32,000 nt of DNA, from assembly GCA_964565945.1 (NCBI GenBank), contig CAZMGY010000026.1, positions 30,001 through 62,000 of the forward strand, given 5' to 3'. Within the stretch, counting starts at the first letter, position 1. Every line of letters starts with the position of its first letter. Source of the DNA: an uncultured bacterium (GTDB taxonomy: Bacteria; GCA-001730085). Below are positions 1 to 7,902 of the stretch, in pieces. Position numbers and translations under genes: made by a program. The notes beneath the pieces were generated by a model, which saw only the letters and a program-made list of their open reading frames with translations, was not told the DNA's origin and did no database searches.

Positions 1-210
1 GGTGCAGGAGATAGCTTTGCGGGGGGTTTTATGGGTTTTATCACCAAATCGGGGGCGCTGACTCAAGAAACTTTTCGTTTGGCAATGGTGTACGGGGCTT
101 GCGTATCTTCGTTCACGGTTGAGGGATTTAGTTTAGATCGTTTGGTCGCGATTACGGACGAGGATATTCAAGAGCGTTTTGATCAATTGAAAACGATGAC
201 CATTTTTTAA
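1..210 (+). CDS. PfkB/ribokinase-family sugar kinase, C-terminal fragment (5' end outside the window)
   Basis: Frame 1 is open from base 1 to TAA 208-210 and reads GAGDSFAGGFMGFITKSG...DQLKTMTIF. The GAGDxFxGGF block matches the C-terminal PfkB signature region. It is absent from the ORF track because it has no start codon in the window. Confidence 0.7.
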   Translation, partial: GAGDSFAGGFMGFITKSGALTQETFRLAMVYGACVSSFTVEGFSLDRLVAITDEDIQERFDQLKTMTIF

Positions 211-270
211 GGAGTATTACATTGAATTCACAAAAAAATATTTGTATTTAATGCCAGTATTTTATTGCAC

Positions 271-296
271 AACCGCTCAAGCGGTTTACTTGTTTG
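271..296 (+). terminator. Candidate intrinsic terminator downstream of the PfkB-family gene
   Basis: Inverted repeat aaccgc (271-276) / gcggtt (281-286) with loop tcaa, followed by the T-rich tail tacttgtttg. The stem is only 6 bp (4 GC), so this is a weak call. Confidence 0.35.
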
Positions 297-380
297 AAGA
301 ACATAATGTGTTGATCTTTCTTATGGAGGCTGTTTGCAAGTAATCATAATGGGAGGATTACCTTTAGAAGTATTCTCAAA

Positions 381-409
381 TTGACCCGAGACTTAGATTC
401 GGATATAAT
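381..409 (+). promoter_or_regulatory. Near-consensus sigma70-type promoter upstream of smc
   Basis: TTGACC (381-386), a 17-nt spacer (387-403), then TATAAT (404-409). It lies about 40 nt upstream of the smc ATG at 448, which has a GGAGG Shine-Dalgarno at 438-442. Confidence 0.55.
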
Positions 410-447
410 ACTCCTTTATTGTGTGCGACCTTGAGGCGGAGGCTCAT

Positions 448-3400
448 ATGTTTTTAAAGCGGTTAGAGATTTTTGGCTTTAAATCATTTCCAGAAAAAAC
501 TGTATTTACATTTAATAACGATGGTGTAACTGTGATTGTTGGCCCTAATGGCTGTGGCAAGAGCAATGTGTCCGATGCGATCAAATGGGTGATTGGGGAA
601 CAAAAGGCTAAAGCCTTACGTGGCACCCACATGTTAGATGTGATTTTCAATGGTTCGGAATCGATCAAAGCCCTTGGTATGGCAGAAGTATCCTTAGTTC
701 TCGATAACTCTGCAGGCATTTTCCCAATGGAATTTTCTGAAATCAAGATCACACGTAAGCTTTATCGCTCAGGTGAAAGTGATTATTTACTCAATAAAAA
801 ACCTCGTCGCCTGAAAGACATCACGGAGTTACTGATGGATACGGGTTTGGGGTCAGATTCGTATTCGGTGATTGAACAGGGACGGATGGATCGAGTTCTA
901 ACCTCTAAACCCGAAGAGCGGAGGTTTGTTTTTGAGGAAGCTGCTGGGATTACCAAGTACAAAGCTCAGCGAAAAGAAGCTTTGCGTAAGCTGGAGCGAA
1001 CATCGGACAACTTGGTGCGTGTGAATGATATTTTGACCGAAGTAACGCGACAAATGAATTTGATTGAGCGCCAGGCACGTAAGGCTCAGTGTTACAAGGA
1101 ATTTTTTGATGAACTTAAACGTTTAGATGTCAAGGTTCAACGTGAACGGGCTAAAGAATTGGGGCAAGGTCTATTCCAAAACACCAATGCGCTAGCTCGT
1201 TTCGGAGAACAAGATAGGCATCTGCATCAGTCAATTGTCAAGATTGAAAAGAATGTTGTTGACTTGCGACATTCTTTGGAGCAATTGGAGCAAGAAATCG
1301 AGGATAAACAAGCTGAGCTTAACAAGGCAACTTCAGCGTTCAATGTTTTAGAGAATCAAATTGCCTTCAATCAGAACAAAATTCGTGAGCTCGAACAAAG
1401 CAAAGAAGAAAAGATTAAAGAGATTAAAGAAAACGATCTTCAAATGACTTTTTTGCAATCGCAAAAAGATGAAGAGGAACAATCTTTAGAGCAATGCCGA
1501 TTGGATATAAAGGCTCTTGTTGCACTGATGGAGAACGATCAAAAGCATGTTCAACAAGCCGAGATTAAATTGCATGAGCATACGCATGAATTAGATGAGC
1601 ACAAAAAAGATATCTTAGAGTTAGTGACCGAACAATCGCGCAACAAAGACTATATGGCTCATCGTGAGTATGTTTTGAAAACACAGGTGGCTAAAAAAGA
1701 TGATCTTTTGGAACAGAAAGAAGGTAAGGAACAGCGTAAAAAAAAGCTGGCATGTTCATCTGAAGAAGTTCAGAAGCGTTTAGATACATCGCATGTTTAT
1801 TTAAAGGATCTCGAAGGGCAGCGAGATCGGTTGCAGCAACAGGAAACCGATTTGGAGCATAGTATTGAGCAAAAGACAGAACTTATATCCGAGAAACGCG
1901 CGGTTATTTCGGCTCAAAAATCTCAACTGATTATCCTTGAAGACATGCATCGCAACTATGAAGGCTACTCTCAAGGAACCAAAGAAATTCTCAAAAAGCG
2001 TGATGTGGGCGAAGGTGTTTACAAAAATATTCAGAGTGACTTTGCTTCAATGTTGAGTGTGAAGGACGATCGCTACGAAGTTGCCATCGAAGCTGTTTTG
2101 GGGCAGTATGCTCAGTCGATTGTGGTGACATCGACTAATGATTTGCCTCCTATGATGAACCATTTGAAAGATCAGCGTATTGGTCGAGCTGCTTTTGTGG
2201 CTCTAGATATAGCTAAAGGGCTTGGCTTTCATGCAACTGTGATTGAACAGTGTTCGGGTTTTGTGGCACGAGCTATCCAGACGGTGTCTTACGATCAAAA
2301 ATACGATCAGTTGTTGCAAGCTATGCTTGGAAATATTTTTGTTTTCCAAACATTCCAGGATATGGTTCAGGCCTTTCATAAGACCTCTCATAAGACCTCT
2401 TTGCCCCAGTGTAAATTTGTTTCTTTGAATGGTGAAGTTTTGGAGGGCACAGGGACGATTATCGGAGGAGCAAGTGCTTCAATCAATGTTCATGTGATTG
2501 GTCGCGAACAAAAAATTCAGGGTTTGTGCAAACAGCTAAAAGTTTTGGAGTGTGAGTTACTTATCCATGAGGCCGCTTTGCAAAGCTCCAAAGGGCAGTT
2601 GCAAGATTTGAAGCAGCAGTTGCATAATAAGCGCCAACAGATCGAGGAGAAAAATAAGCGTGTTCATCAAGATGAGCAAGAGTTGTCCCGTTATCAATTA
2701 GAAAATCAACATCTATCGGATCAAGTTGGACAAATGCATGGCGAGTTAGGTAAACTTTCTGTTGAAGAAGAGACCTTACTCAAGGATATTGAGCAGTTTA
2801 AACAGGTTAATCGAGATTTGGATGAACAGGTTAGACAGTTGCAACAAGAGCAACAGTATTTTGAAGAGTGCGTTCAATTGAATCAGGCAGCTAAAGAAAA
2901 AACTGAAGTAACTATGACGGAGCATAAGGTATCGTTAGCAACGCTGGAGGAGAAAGTAGTTGCGCTGCAGCGCCATTCGAAACAGTTGGCAGACCGTAGC
3001 GAAGATGAATTTCGACGTAAGCAAAATAACACAAAAGCTCTGGATAATTTTGAAGCCAAAAGAGAGCAACTTGCCCAAGATATTTTAAGCCATCAAGATC
3101 AAGTCGTTCAGGCACGTTTTGATCTTGATCAATGGCAAGGAGCTATCCGAGCTTTTCAAGAAAAAAGGCGTCATATTTACCAGGACTTACAGGATCAAGA
3201 AAAGCATATGCAAGAGTATCGCAATCAATTGATGGATTTGCAAAAATTTATTAAGGAACAAGAGGTTCAAAAATACGAAATCAAACTTAAATTGGATGCG
3301 ATCAAAGAACGTGTTTTTGAGAATTATCAGCTCGAATGGAGTCAGGTGCTTCATTTTGATGTGGGTGAATTTGAGACTGAACTGGATAAAGACGAACGTT

Positions 3401-4065
3401 TGCAGTTTTTGAAAAACAAAATTAGCAGAATTGGCTCTGTCAATACTGAGGCGATTGCTGAATTTGATATACTTAAAGAACGTCATGGATTTTTATCACA
3501 ACAAATAACCGACTTATTGGAAGCTAAAGAAGCTTTGCTTAAGGTGATTGCCCAAGTGAACAAGGAATCTCGTAAGCGTTTTAGGGAAGCTTTTGACCAG
3601 ATTAATCAGCACTTCAAAGAATTGTTCAAAATTTTGTTTGGTGGAGGCCATGCGGAGTTGCATTTGCTAAATGAAAATGATGTGTTGGAATCAGGGATTG
3701 AGGTGGTTGTTTCGCCACCAGGTAAAAAAATGCAATCAATTACGCTTATGTCTGGAGGGGAGCGAGCAATGACCGGAATCGCCTTGTTGTTTGCCATGTT
3801 TCGGGTGAATCCAAGTCCTTTTTGTGTTCTGGATGAAATTGATGCACCCTTAGATGAAAGCAATGTGGATCGCTTTATTGACATTATGAATTCCTTTAAA
3901 GAGAAAACACAGTTTATTGTGATTACTCACAATAAAAAAACTATGGCTAAGGCCGATGTTATTTACGGGGTTACCATGCAGAAACCTGGGGTTTCAAAGT
4001 CGATTGCAATCAAGATGGTAGATTTTGCTAAACATGAACATGAACATGAATTGGTGACTGCCTAG
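448..4065 (+). CDS. smc: Chromosome partition/condensation protein SMC
   Basis: N-terminus MFLKRLEIFGFKSF and Walker A GPNGCGKSN. Two long Q/E/K-rich coiled-coil arms flank a central hinge. C-terminal head has signature MSGGERAMTGIALLFA, Walker B FCVLDEIDAPLD and ITHNK. ATG 448 is preferred over the track's GTG 421 because of GGAGG at 438-442 and the canonical SMC N-terminus. Confidence 0.95.
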   Translation: MFLKRLEIFGFKSFPEKTVFTFNNDGVTVIVGPNGCGKSNVSDAIKWVIGEQKAKALRGTHMLDVIFNGSESIKALGMAEVSLVLDNSAGIFPMEFSEIKITRKLYRSGESDYLLNKKPRRLKDITELLMDTGLGSDSYSVIEQGRMDRVLTSKPEERRFVFEEAAGITKYKAQRKEALRKLERTSDNLVRVNDILTEVTRQMNLIERQARKAQCYKEFFDELKRLDVKVQRERAKELGQGLFQNTNALARFGEQDRHLHQSIVKIEKNVVDLRHSLEQLEQEIEDKQAELNKATSAFNVLENQIAFNQNKIRELEQSKEEKIKEIKENDLQMTFLQSQKDEEEQSLEQCRLDIKALVALMENDQKHVQQAEIKLHEHTHELDEHKKDILELVTEQSRNKDYMAHREYVLKTQVAKKDDLLEQKEGKEQRKKKLACSSEEVQKRLDTSHVYLKDLEGQRDRLQQQETDLEHSIEQKTELISEKRAVISAQKSQLIILEDMHRNYEGYSQGTKEILKKRDVGEGVYKNIQSDFASMLSVKDDRYEVAIEAVLGQYAQSIVVTSTNDLPPMMNHLKDQRIGRAAFVALDIAKGLGFHATVIEQCSGFVARAIQTVSYDQKYDQLLQAMLGNIFVFQTFQDMVQAFHKTSHKTSLPQCKFVSLNGEVLEGTGTIIGGASASINVHVIGREQKIQGLCKQLKVLECELLIHEAALQSSKGQLQDLKQQLHNKRQQIEEKNKRVHQDEQELSRYQLENQHLSDQVGQMHGELGKLSVEEETLLKDIEQFKQVNRDLDEQVRQLQQEQQYFEECVQLNQAAKEKTEVTMTEHKVSLATLEEKVVALQRHSKQLADRSEDEFRRKQNNTKALDNFEAKREQLAQDILSHQDQVVQARFDLDQWQGAIRAFQEKRRHIYQDLQDQEKHMQEYRNQLMDLQKFIKEQEVQKYEIKLKLDAIKERVFENYQLEWSQVLHFDVGEFETELDKDERLQFLKNKISRIGSVNTEAIAEFDILKERHGFLSQQITDLLEAKEALLKVIAQVNKESRKRFREAFDQINQHFKELFKILFGGGHAELHLLNENDVLESGIEVVVSPPGKKMQSITLMSGGERAMTGIALLFAMFRVNPSPFCVLDEIDAPLDESNVDRFIDIMNSFKEKTQFIVITHNKKTMAKADVIYGVTMQKPGVSKSIAIKMVDFAKHEHEHELVTA
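2377..2400 (+). repeat. Perfect 12-bp tandem duplication (cataagacctct x2) inside smc
   Basis: Copy 1 is 2377-2388 and copy 2 is 2389-2400, identical and in frame. Together they encode HKTS-HKTS in the hinge-proximal region. Confidence 0.9.
4033..4050 (+). repeat. Hexanucleotide repeat (catgaa x3) at the 3' end of smc
   Basis: Copies at 4033-4038, 4039-4044 and 4045-4050 encode HEHEHE in the extreme C-terminal tail (KHEHEHELVTA). Confidence 0.9.
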
Positions 4066-4068
4066 CTT

Positions 4069-7000
4069 ATGAAAATTATACATGCCTTATGGATACCTGA
4101 CGACACTTCTGGAAAGCTACATTTTTGGGCTGAAAACACCGACCTTATTTCTTATGATCAACCCGCATCTGGATCGTTGCATCCCTATTGTTTGCCTCAG
4201 CTTGAGATTTTGGATGTTTTTCAGCGTTTGACTGGAGCGAAAGAGCATTGGGGATTCAAAACAGTGTCTTTGAATTTGCCGACCAATCAATGGGGGCCCT
4301 TGCCTTCGGAGGAGTGCTTCGAAAATGAGAATGCAACTAAGGATGATCGTCTTTATATTAAAGAGTGGACCGTACGGACGGTGGCTATGGGGTCAAACCT
4401 TTTGTGGCGTTATTTGTTCAAAATCACCGAAATGGCTCAAGTTAACATCAAATGGTCCGACTCGGTGGTTTATTGGAAGCATGTGCTTGAGTTTGCCCTC
4501 GAGCTTTTGTCGAGAGAATGTTTTTTGCCAGGAGCAGAACAAAAATCTTACAAAAGCAACGAAGTGCTTGCAACCTGGTCTCCGTATTTGAGCTATGAAG
4601 ATCATCGTCGTATGTTATTTTTGGTTGAAGCGATGCCGATAGCGTTGCTGGCTAGTTGTGATTTATTATCTCTGAATCATACGCCACAAAGTTTGCTGTG
4701 GCATGCTCTTAAGGAAGTGTTGGACGCATTTATTCGCAATCAGTTGAATGACGACAGCCCTTACATTTATCGGATTAATGCTTCTAAAAAAGTGTCACAC
4801 TTGCATGAACAATGGTTGAAAGCTTTATTTGCCCAGAAAAAAGAAGTTCGTGGTGAGTGCAAAAAAATTGATACATTTGTGAGCGAAATAAACACTTGGA
4901 CCGATTTGCTTCAAATCGACTACTCGGCGTTTTTTCGCGTTTGTTTTCGCTTGGTTCCACCAGAGTCAGACGATCCCAATGAAGTTTGGGTTTTGACTTA
5001 TTACTTGCAATCAAATCATGACTTGAGTGTGATGATTTCATCGAAAAAACTGCATCAGTGTGGCAAGGATATTGAAGAGGATTACGGCATTGATCAACAT
5101 AGTATTTTTGAACTGGTTGAAAAAAACTTAAATAAAGCCTCGCGATATTATGAGCCTTTACAAAATTTGTTGGAAGGCTCATCGGATCCTTTGATTGAAT
5201 TAAGTAGTGCTGAAGCATTTAAGTTTTTAAGAGAGACGGTACCTTTATTAGAAGCTAGTGGCTTTGGCCTCATGTTGCCTTCTTGGTGGAAAAAGCCACT
5301 CAAAAAACTTGGAGTTTCCTTGCGAGTCTCTCAGGTTGGTTTGGAAGGCAAAGTTCAAAAGTACATGGGGATAGATACAATCGTTGAATACGATTGGAAG
5401 ATAGCTGTTGGTGATGAAATTTTGACCGAAGAAGAATTTAAGCGTTTGGTTGAGATGAAGCAATCTCTCGTTCAGGTTAGAGGGGAGTGGATTGTTTTAA
5501 AAGTTGAAGAGATTGAAAAAGCGATCGCTTTTTTCAAAAAACGTGCCAATTCTTTGCATATGACTTTAAGGGAAATGATGTGTTTGAGCATGGATGAGCA
5601 ATCGATGGATATTGGTTTGCCTGTGATTGGGATTGACTATGAAAAAGCTAATGATACCTTGTTTTCAGCTGTGATGGAGCCCGAGTCTATTCAGAAACTA
5701 GAAACCCCTGAGGGATTTTGTGGCGTTTTGAGACCTTACCAAAAAACGGGTTTGTCTTGGTTAATCTTTTTGCAAAAAATTGGGCTTGGTGGTTGTTTGG
5801 CCGATGATATGGGTTTGGGAAAAACAATTCAGTTGATTGCTCTGTTTCTTAAAGAGCAAGAGATGGGGTTCGATATTTGTGGTCCAACTTTGATTCTTTG
5901 TCCGATGTCGATCATGAGTAATTGGAAAAATGAACTTAAGAAATTTGCACCGCATTTGAAAGTGATGATTCATCATGGTGTCAATCGACTTGATAAGGAA
6001 GAATTTATTGATGCAGTGAATACTTGCCATGTGGTTATCACGACTTATGCGTTAGCCTCACCTGAGTTGGATAAGTTGAGCCGAGTGAAGTGGCATAGAA
6101 TCGTTTTGGACGAAGCTCAGAACATCAAAAATAATCATACCAAGCAGACCCAGGCGATCAAAAAATTGAATACTCCTCACAAAATAGCGGTGACAGGTAC
6201 TCCTTTAGAAAATCGTCTTTTGGAACTGTGGTCGATTATGGACTTTTTGAACCCCAACTATTTGGGGAGTTCTAAGGCCTTTCGCCAAAATTATGCGATT
6301 CCTATTGAACGATTCAATGACACAAACACTTCGCAGCGCTTGAAAAAGATGATTCGTCCGCTTGTGTTGCGTCGCGTCAAAACTGATAAAAATGTGATTA
6401 AAGACTTGCCAGAAAAAATTGAAACAAAGGAATTTTGTTATTTAACCAAGGAGCAGGTAGCCTTGTATGAATCAGTGGTGCAACGCATGTTGCACACCAT
6501 TGATAGTTATGCTGGTATTCAACGACGAGGAGTGATTTTATCCGTCTTGATTCAATTGAAGCAAATTTGCAATCATCCAGTGCAGTATCTTAAGGATAAA
6601 TCGTCGTTAACTGGACGCTCTGGTAAATTGACGCGTCTTTACGAACTGTTAGAAGAAGTGATTGCTGAAGGGGATAAAGCGCTTATTTTTACACAATTTA
6701 GTCAAATGGGGCATTTGCTTAAGCATGACTTGCAAGAGGTTCTTAAGCAAGAAGTTCTTTTTTTGCATGGTATAACCACTAAAACGCAACGCGATGAAAT
6801 GATTGAAGAGTTTCAGTCTGATGATTCTAAGGCTAAGGTGTTTGTTCTTTCGCTTAAAGCGGGTGGTCTTGGGCTTAATTTAACGTCGGCGAATCACGTG
6901 TTCCACTTTGACCGTTGGTGGAATCCTGCAATTGAAAATCAAGCCACTGATCGTGCTTTTCGGATTGGTCAAAAGAAAACTGTTCATGTGCATAAGTTTT

Positions 7001-7161
7001 TGTGCCAGGGAACCGTTGAGGAACGTATCGATGATATGATTGATCGTAAGCGTGAACTTACCGATCTTGTGGTCGAACAGGGCGAGAATTGGATCACCGA
7101 GTTATCGACGGATGATCTTAAGGAATTATTCCAACTCAAATTAGAGGACGTTGAAGTATGA
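4069..7161 (+). CDS. SNF2-family DNA-dependent ATPase/helicase, HelZ/YwqA-like architecture (long N-terminal region, SNF2-associated domain, SNF2_N and helicase C)
   Basis: Motif I ADDMGLGKT and motif II LDEAQNIKN. Also TGTPLENRLLELWSIMDF and the C-terminal lobe LSLKAGGLGLNLTSANHVFHFDRWWNPAIENQATDRAFRIGQ. The upstream block LVQVRGEWIVLK resembles the bacterial SNF2-helicase-associated domain. N-terminus is MKIIHALWIPD...KLHFWAEN. The start lies 3 nt after the smc stop. Confidence 0.9.
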   Translation: MKIIHALWIPDDTSGKLHFWAENTDLISYDQPASGSLHPYCLPQLEILDVFQRLTGAKEHWGFKTVSLNLPTNQWGPLPSEECFENENATKDDRLYIKEWTVRTVAMGSNLLWRYLFKITEMAQVNIKWSDSVVYWKHVLEFALELLSRECFLPGAEQKSYKSNEVLATWSPYLSYEDHRRMLFLVEAMPIALLASCDLLSLNHTPQSLLWHALKEVLDAFIRNQLNDDSPYIYRINASKKVSHLHEQWLKALFAQKKEVRGECKKIDTFVSEINTWTDLLQIDYSAFFRVCFRLVPPESDDPNEVWVLTYYLQSNHDLSVMISSKKLHQCGKDIEEDYGIDQHSIFELVEKNLNKASRYYEPLQNLLEGSSDPLIELSSAEAFKFLRETVPLLEASGFGLMLPSWWKKPLKKLGVSLRVSQVGLEGKVQKYMGIDTIVEYDWKIAVGDEILTEEEFKRLVEMKQSLVQVRGEWIVLKVEEIEKAIAFFKKRANSLHMTLREMMCLSMDEQSMDIGLPVIGIDYEKANDTLFSAVMEPESIQKLETPEGFCGVLRPYQKTGLSWLIFLQKIGLGGCLADDMGLGKTIQLIALFLKEQEMGFDICGPTLILCPMSIMSNWKNELKKFAPHLKVMIHHGVNRLDKEEFIDAVNTCHVVITTYALASPELDKLSRVKWHRIVLDEAQNIKNNHTKQTQAIKKLNTPHKIAVTGTPLENRLLELWSIMDFLNPNYLGSSKAFRQNYAIPIERFNDTNTSQRLKKMIRPLVLRRVKTDKNVIKDLPEKIETKEFCYLTKEQVALYESVVQRMLHTIDSYAGIQRRGVILSVLIQLKQICNHPVQYLKDKSSLTGRSGKLTRLYELLEEVIAEGDKALIFTQFSQMGHLLKHDLQEVLKQEVLFLHGITTKTQRDEMIEEFQSDDSKAKVFVLSLKAGGLGLNLTSANHVFHFDRWWNPAIENQATDRAFRIGQKKTVHVHKFLCQGTVEERIDDMIDRKRELTDLVVEQGENWITELSTDDLKELFQLKLEDVEV

Positions 7162-7376
7162 TTGACTTAGAAGAACACATTCATCAATTTTGGAAATTAC
7201 GCTCCTCTTTGCAAGCGATCCAAATTAAACCTCGTAAGCCAGAAGCCCCCTCAGCATTAATTCAGGTTCTTAAAGATGCGCCCTACCGCATTGGTAAACG
7301 CAATATTTCACAGCACCTTGAGGAAGCTTATTTTAAGGTGAGTGAAGCTGCGATTAAAAAATCATTATCCGATTAA
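7158..7376 (+). CDS. Hypothetical small protein (72 aa), translationally coupled to the SNF2 gene
   Basis: ATGA overlap: ATG 7158-7160 overlaps the SNF2 stop TGA 7159-7161. It fills the otherwise empty gap before ychJ. I recognise no motifs and it contains no Cys. Confidence 0.4.
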   Translation: MIDLEEHIHQFWKLRSSLQAIQIKPRKPEAPSALIQVLKDAPYRIGKRNISQHLEEAYFKVSEAAIKKSLSD

Positions 7377-7396
7377 ACGTATTAAAGGAAAGATCT

Positions 7397-7876
7397 ATGA
7401 GCATGTGTCATTGTGGTTCGGATGTAAGTTTCAACCAATGTTGTCGTCCTATTTTAAACGGTGAAAGTAAGGTTGCAACAGCAGAAGCTCTTATGCGTGC
7501 TCGTTACAGTGCTTTTGTTGAGCAAAACTTTGATTTTTTAAAAGAAACCTTAGACCCAACAACCCGTGAGGGCTACGATGAAGAGAATGTGCGTCAATGG
7601 GCAACATCTTCAGAGTGGCACGGTTTGACTATTGTTCGTACCGAAGCTGGGTTGGAGGACGATTGCGAAGGTCTTGTTGAGTTTGTGGCGCATTATGCGA
7701 TCAATGGTGAGCTTAAAGAGCATCGTGAAGCAGCTAAGTTTGTTAAGAGAGAAGGCTTGTGGTACTTTTGGGAGGGCGAATGGGTTAAGCAAGAGCCTGT
7801 CCGAGTGGTTAAAATTGGTCGCAATGATCCTTGTTCTTGTGGCAGTGGAAAAAAATACAAAAAGTGTTGCGCTTAG
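7397..7876 (+). CDS. ychJ: YchJ-family SEC-C motif protein (UPF0225)
   Basis: It is collinear with E. coli YchJ as I recall it. N-terminal [13 protein letters not shown], central RARYSAFV and [10 protein letters not shown], and C-terminal SEC-C motif [18 protein letters not shown]. An RBS-like aaaggaaag lies upstream. Confidence 0.85.
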   Translation: MSMCHCGSDVSFNQCCRPILNGESKVATAEALMRARYSAFVEQNFDFLKETLDPTTREGYDEENVRQWATSSEWHGLTIVRTEAGLEDDCEGLVEFVAHYAINGELKEHREAAKFVKREGLWYFWEGEWVKQEPVRVVKIGRNDPCSCGSGKKYKKCCA

Positions 7877-7902
7877 TTTGTTGATGAAAATGGAGAGGTG
7901 CT

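Noticed and set aside
251-343. 30-codon mini-ORF (MPVFYCTTAQAVYLFEEHNVLIFLMEAVCK) in the 237-bp gap upstream of smc
   Set aside because: No Shine-Dalgarno. It spans the terminator-like hairpin and lies upstream of the predicted promoter. Nothing supports translation.
421-447. GTG 421 as the smc start (track coordinates), and likewise TTG 12966 for gltB and TTG 30123 for secF
   Set aside because: Downstream ATGs (448, 13026, 30129) have properly spaced Shine-Dalgarno sequences and give canonical N-termini. The upstream extensions add non-conserved residues, and for smc the GTG would sit only about 12 nt after the predicted -10 element.
448-4065. The SMC as a Wadjet/Lamassu/MukB-MksB-type defence or alternative condensin ATPase
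   Set aside because: It has the full-length canonical SMC layout with a hinge and about 1200 aa. There are no JetA/B/D, LmuA or MksE/F-like neighbours.
4069-7161. SNF2 helicase as part of a phage-defence system (DISARM DrmD-like, Zorya ZorD-like, or BREX-associated)
   Set aside because: None of the required partner genes is nearby (methyltransferase, PLD/DUF1998 proteins, ZorABC, PglX/Z and so on). The neighbours are smc, ychJ and uvrA, and the architecture matches housekeeping HelZ/YwqA-type proteins.
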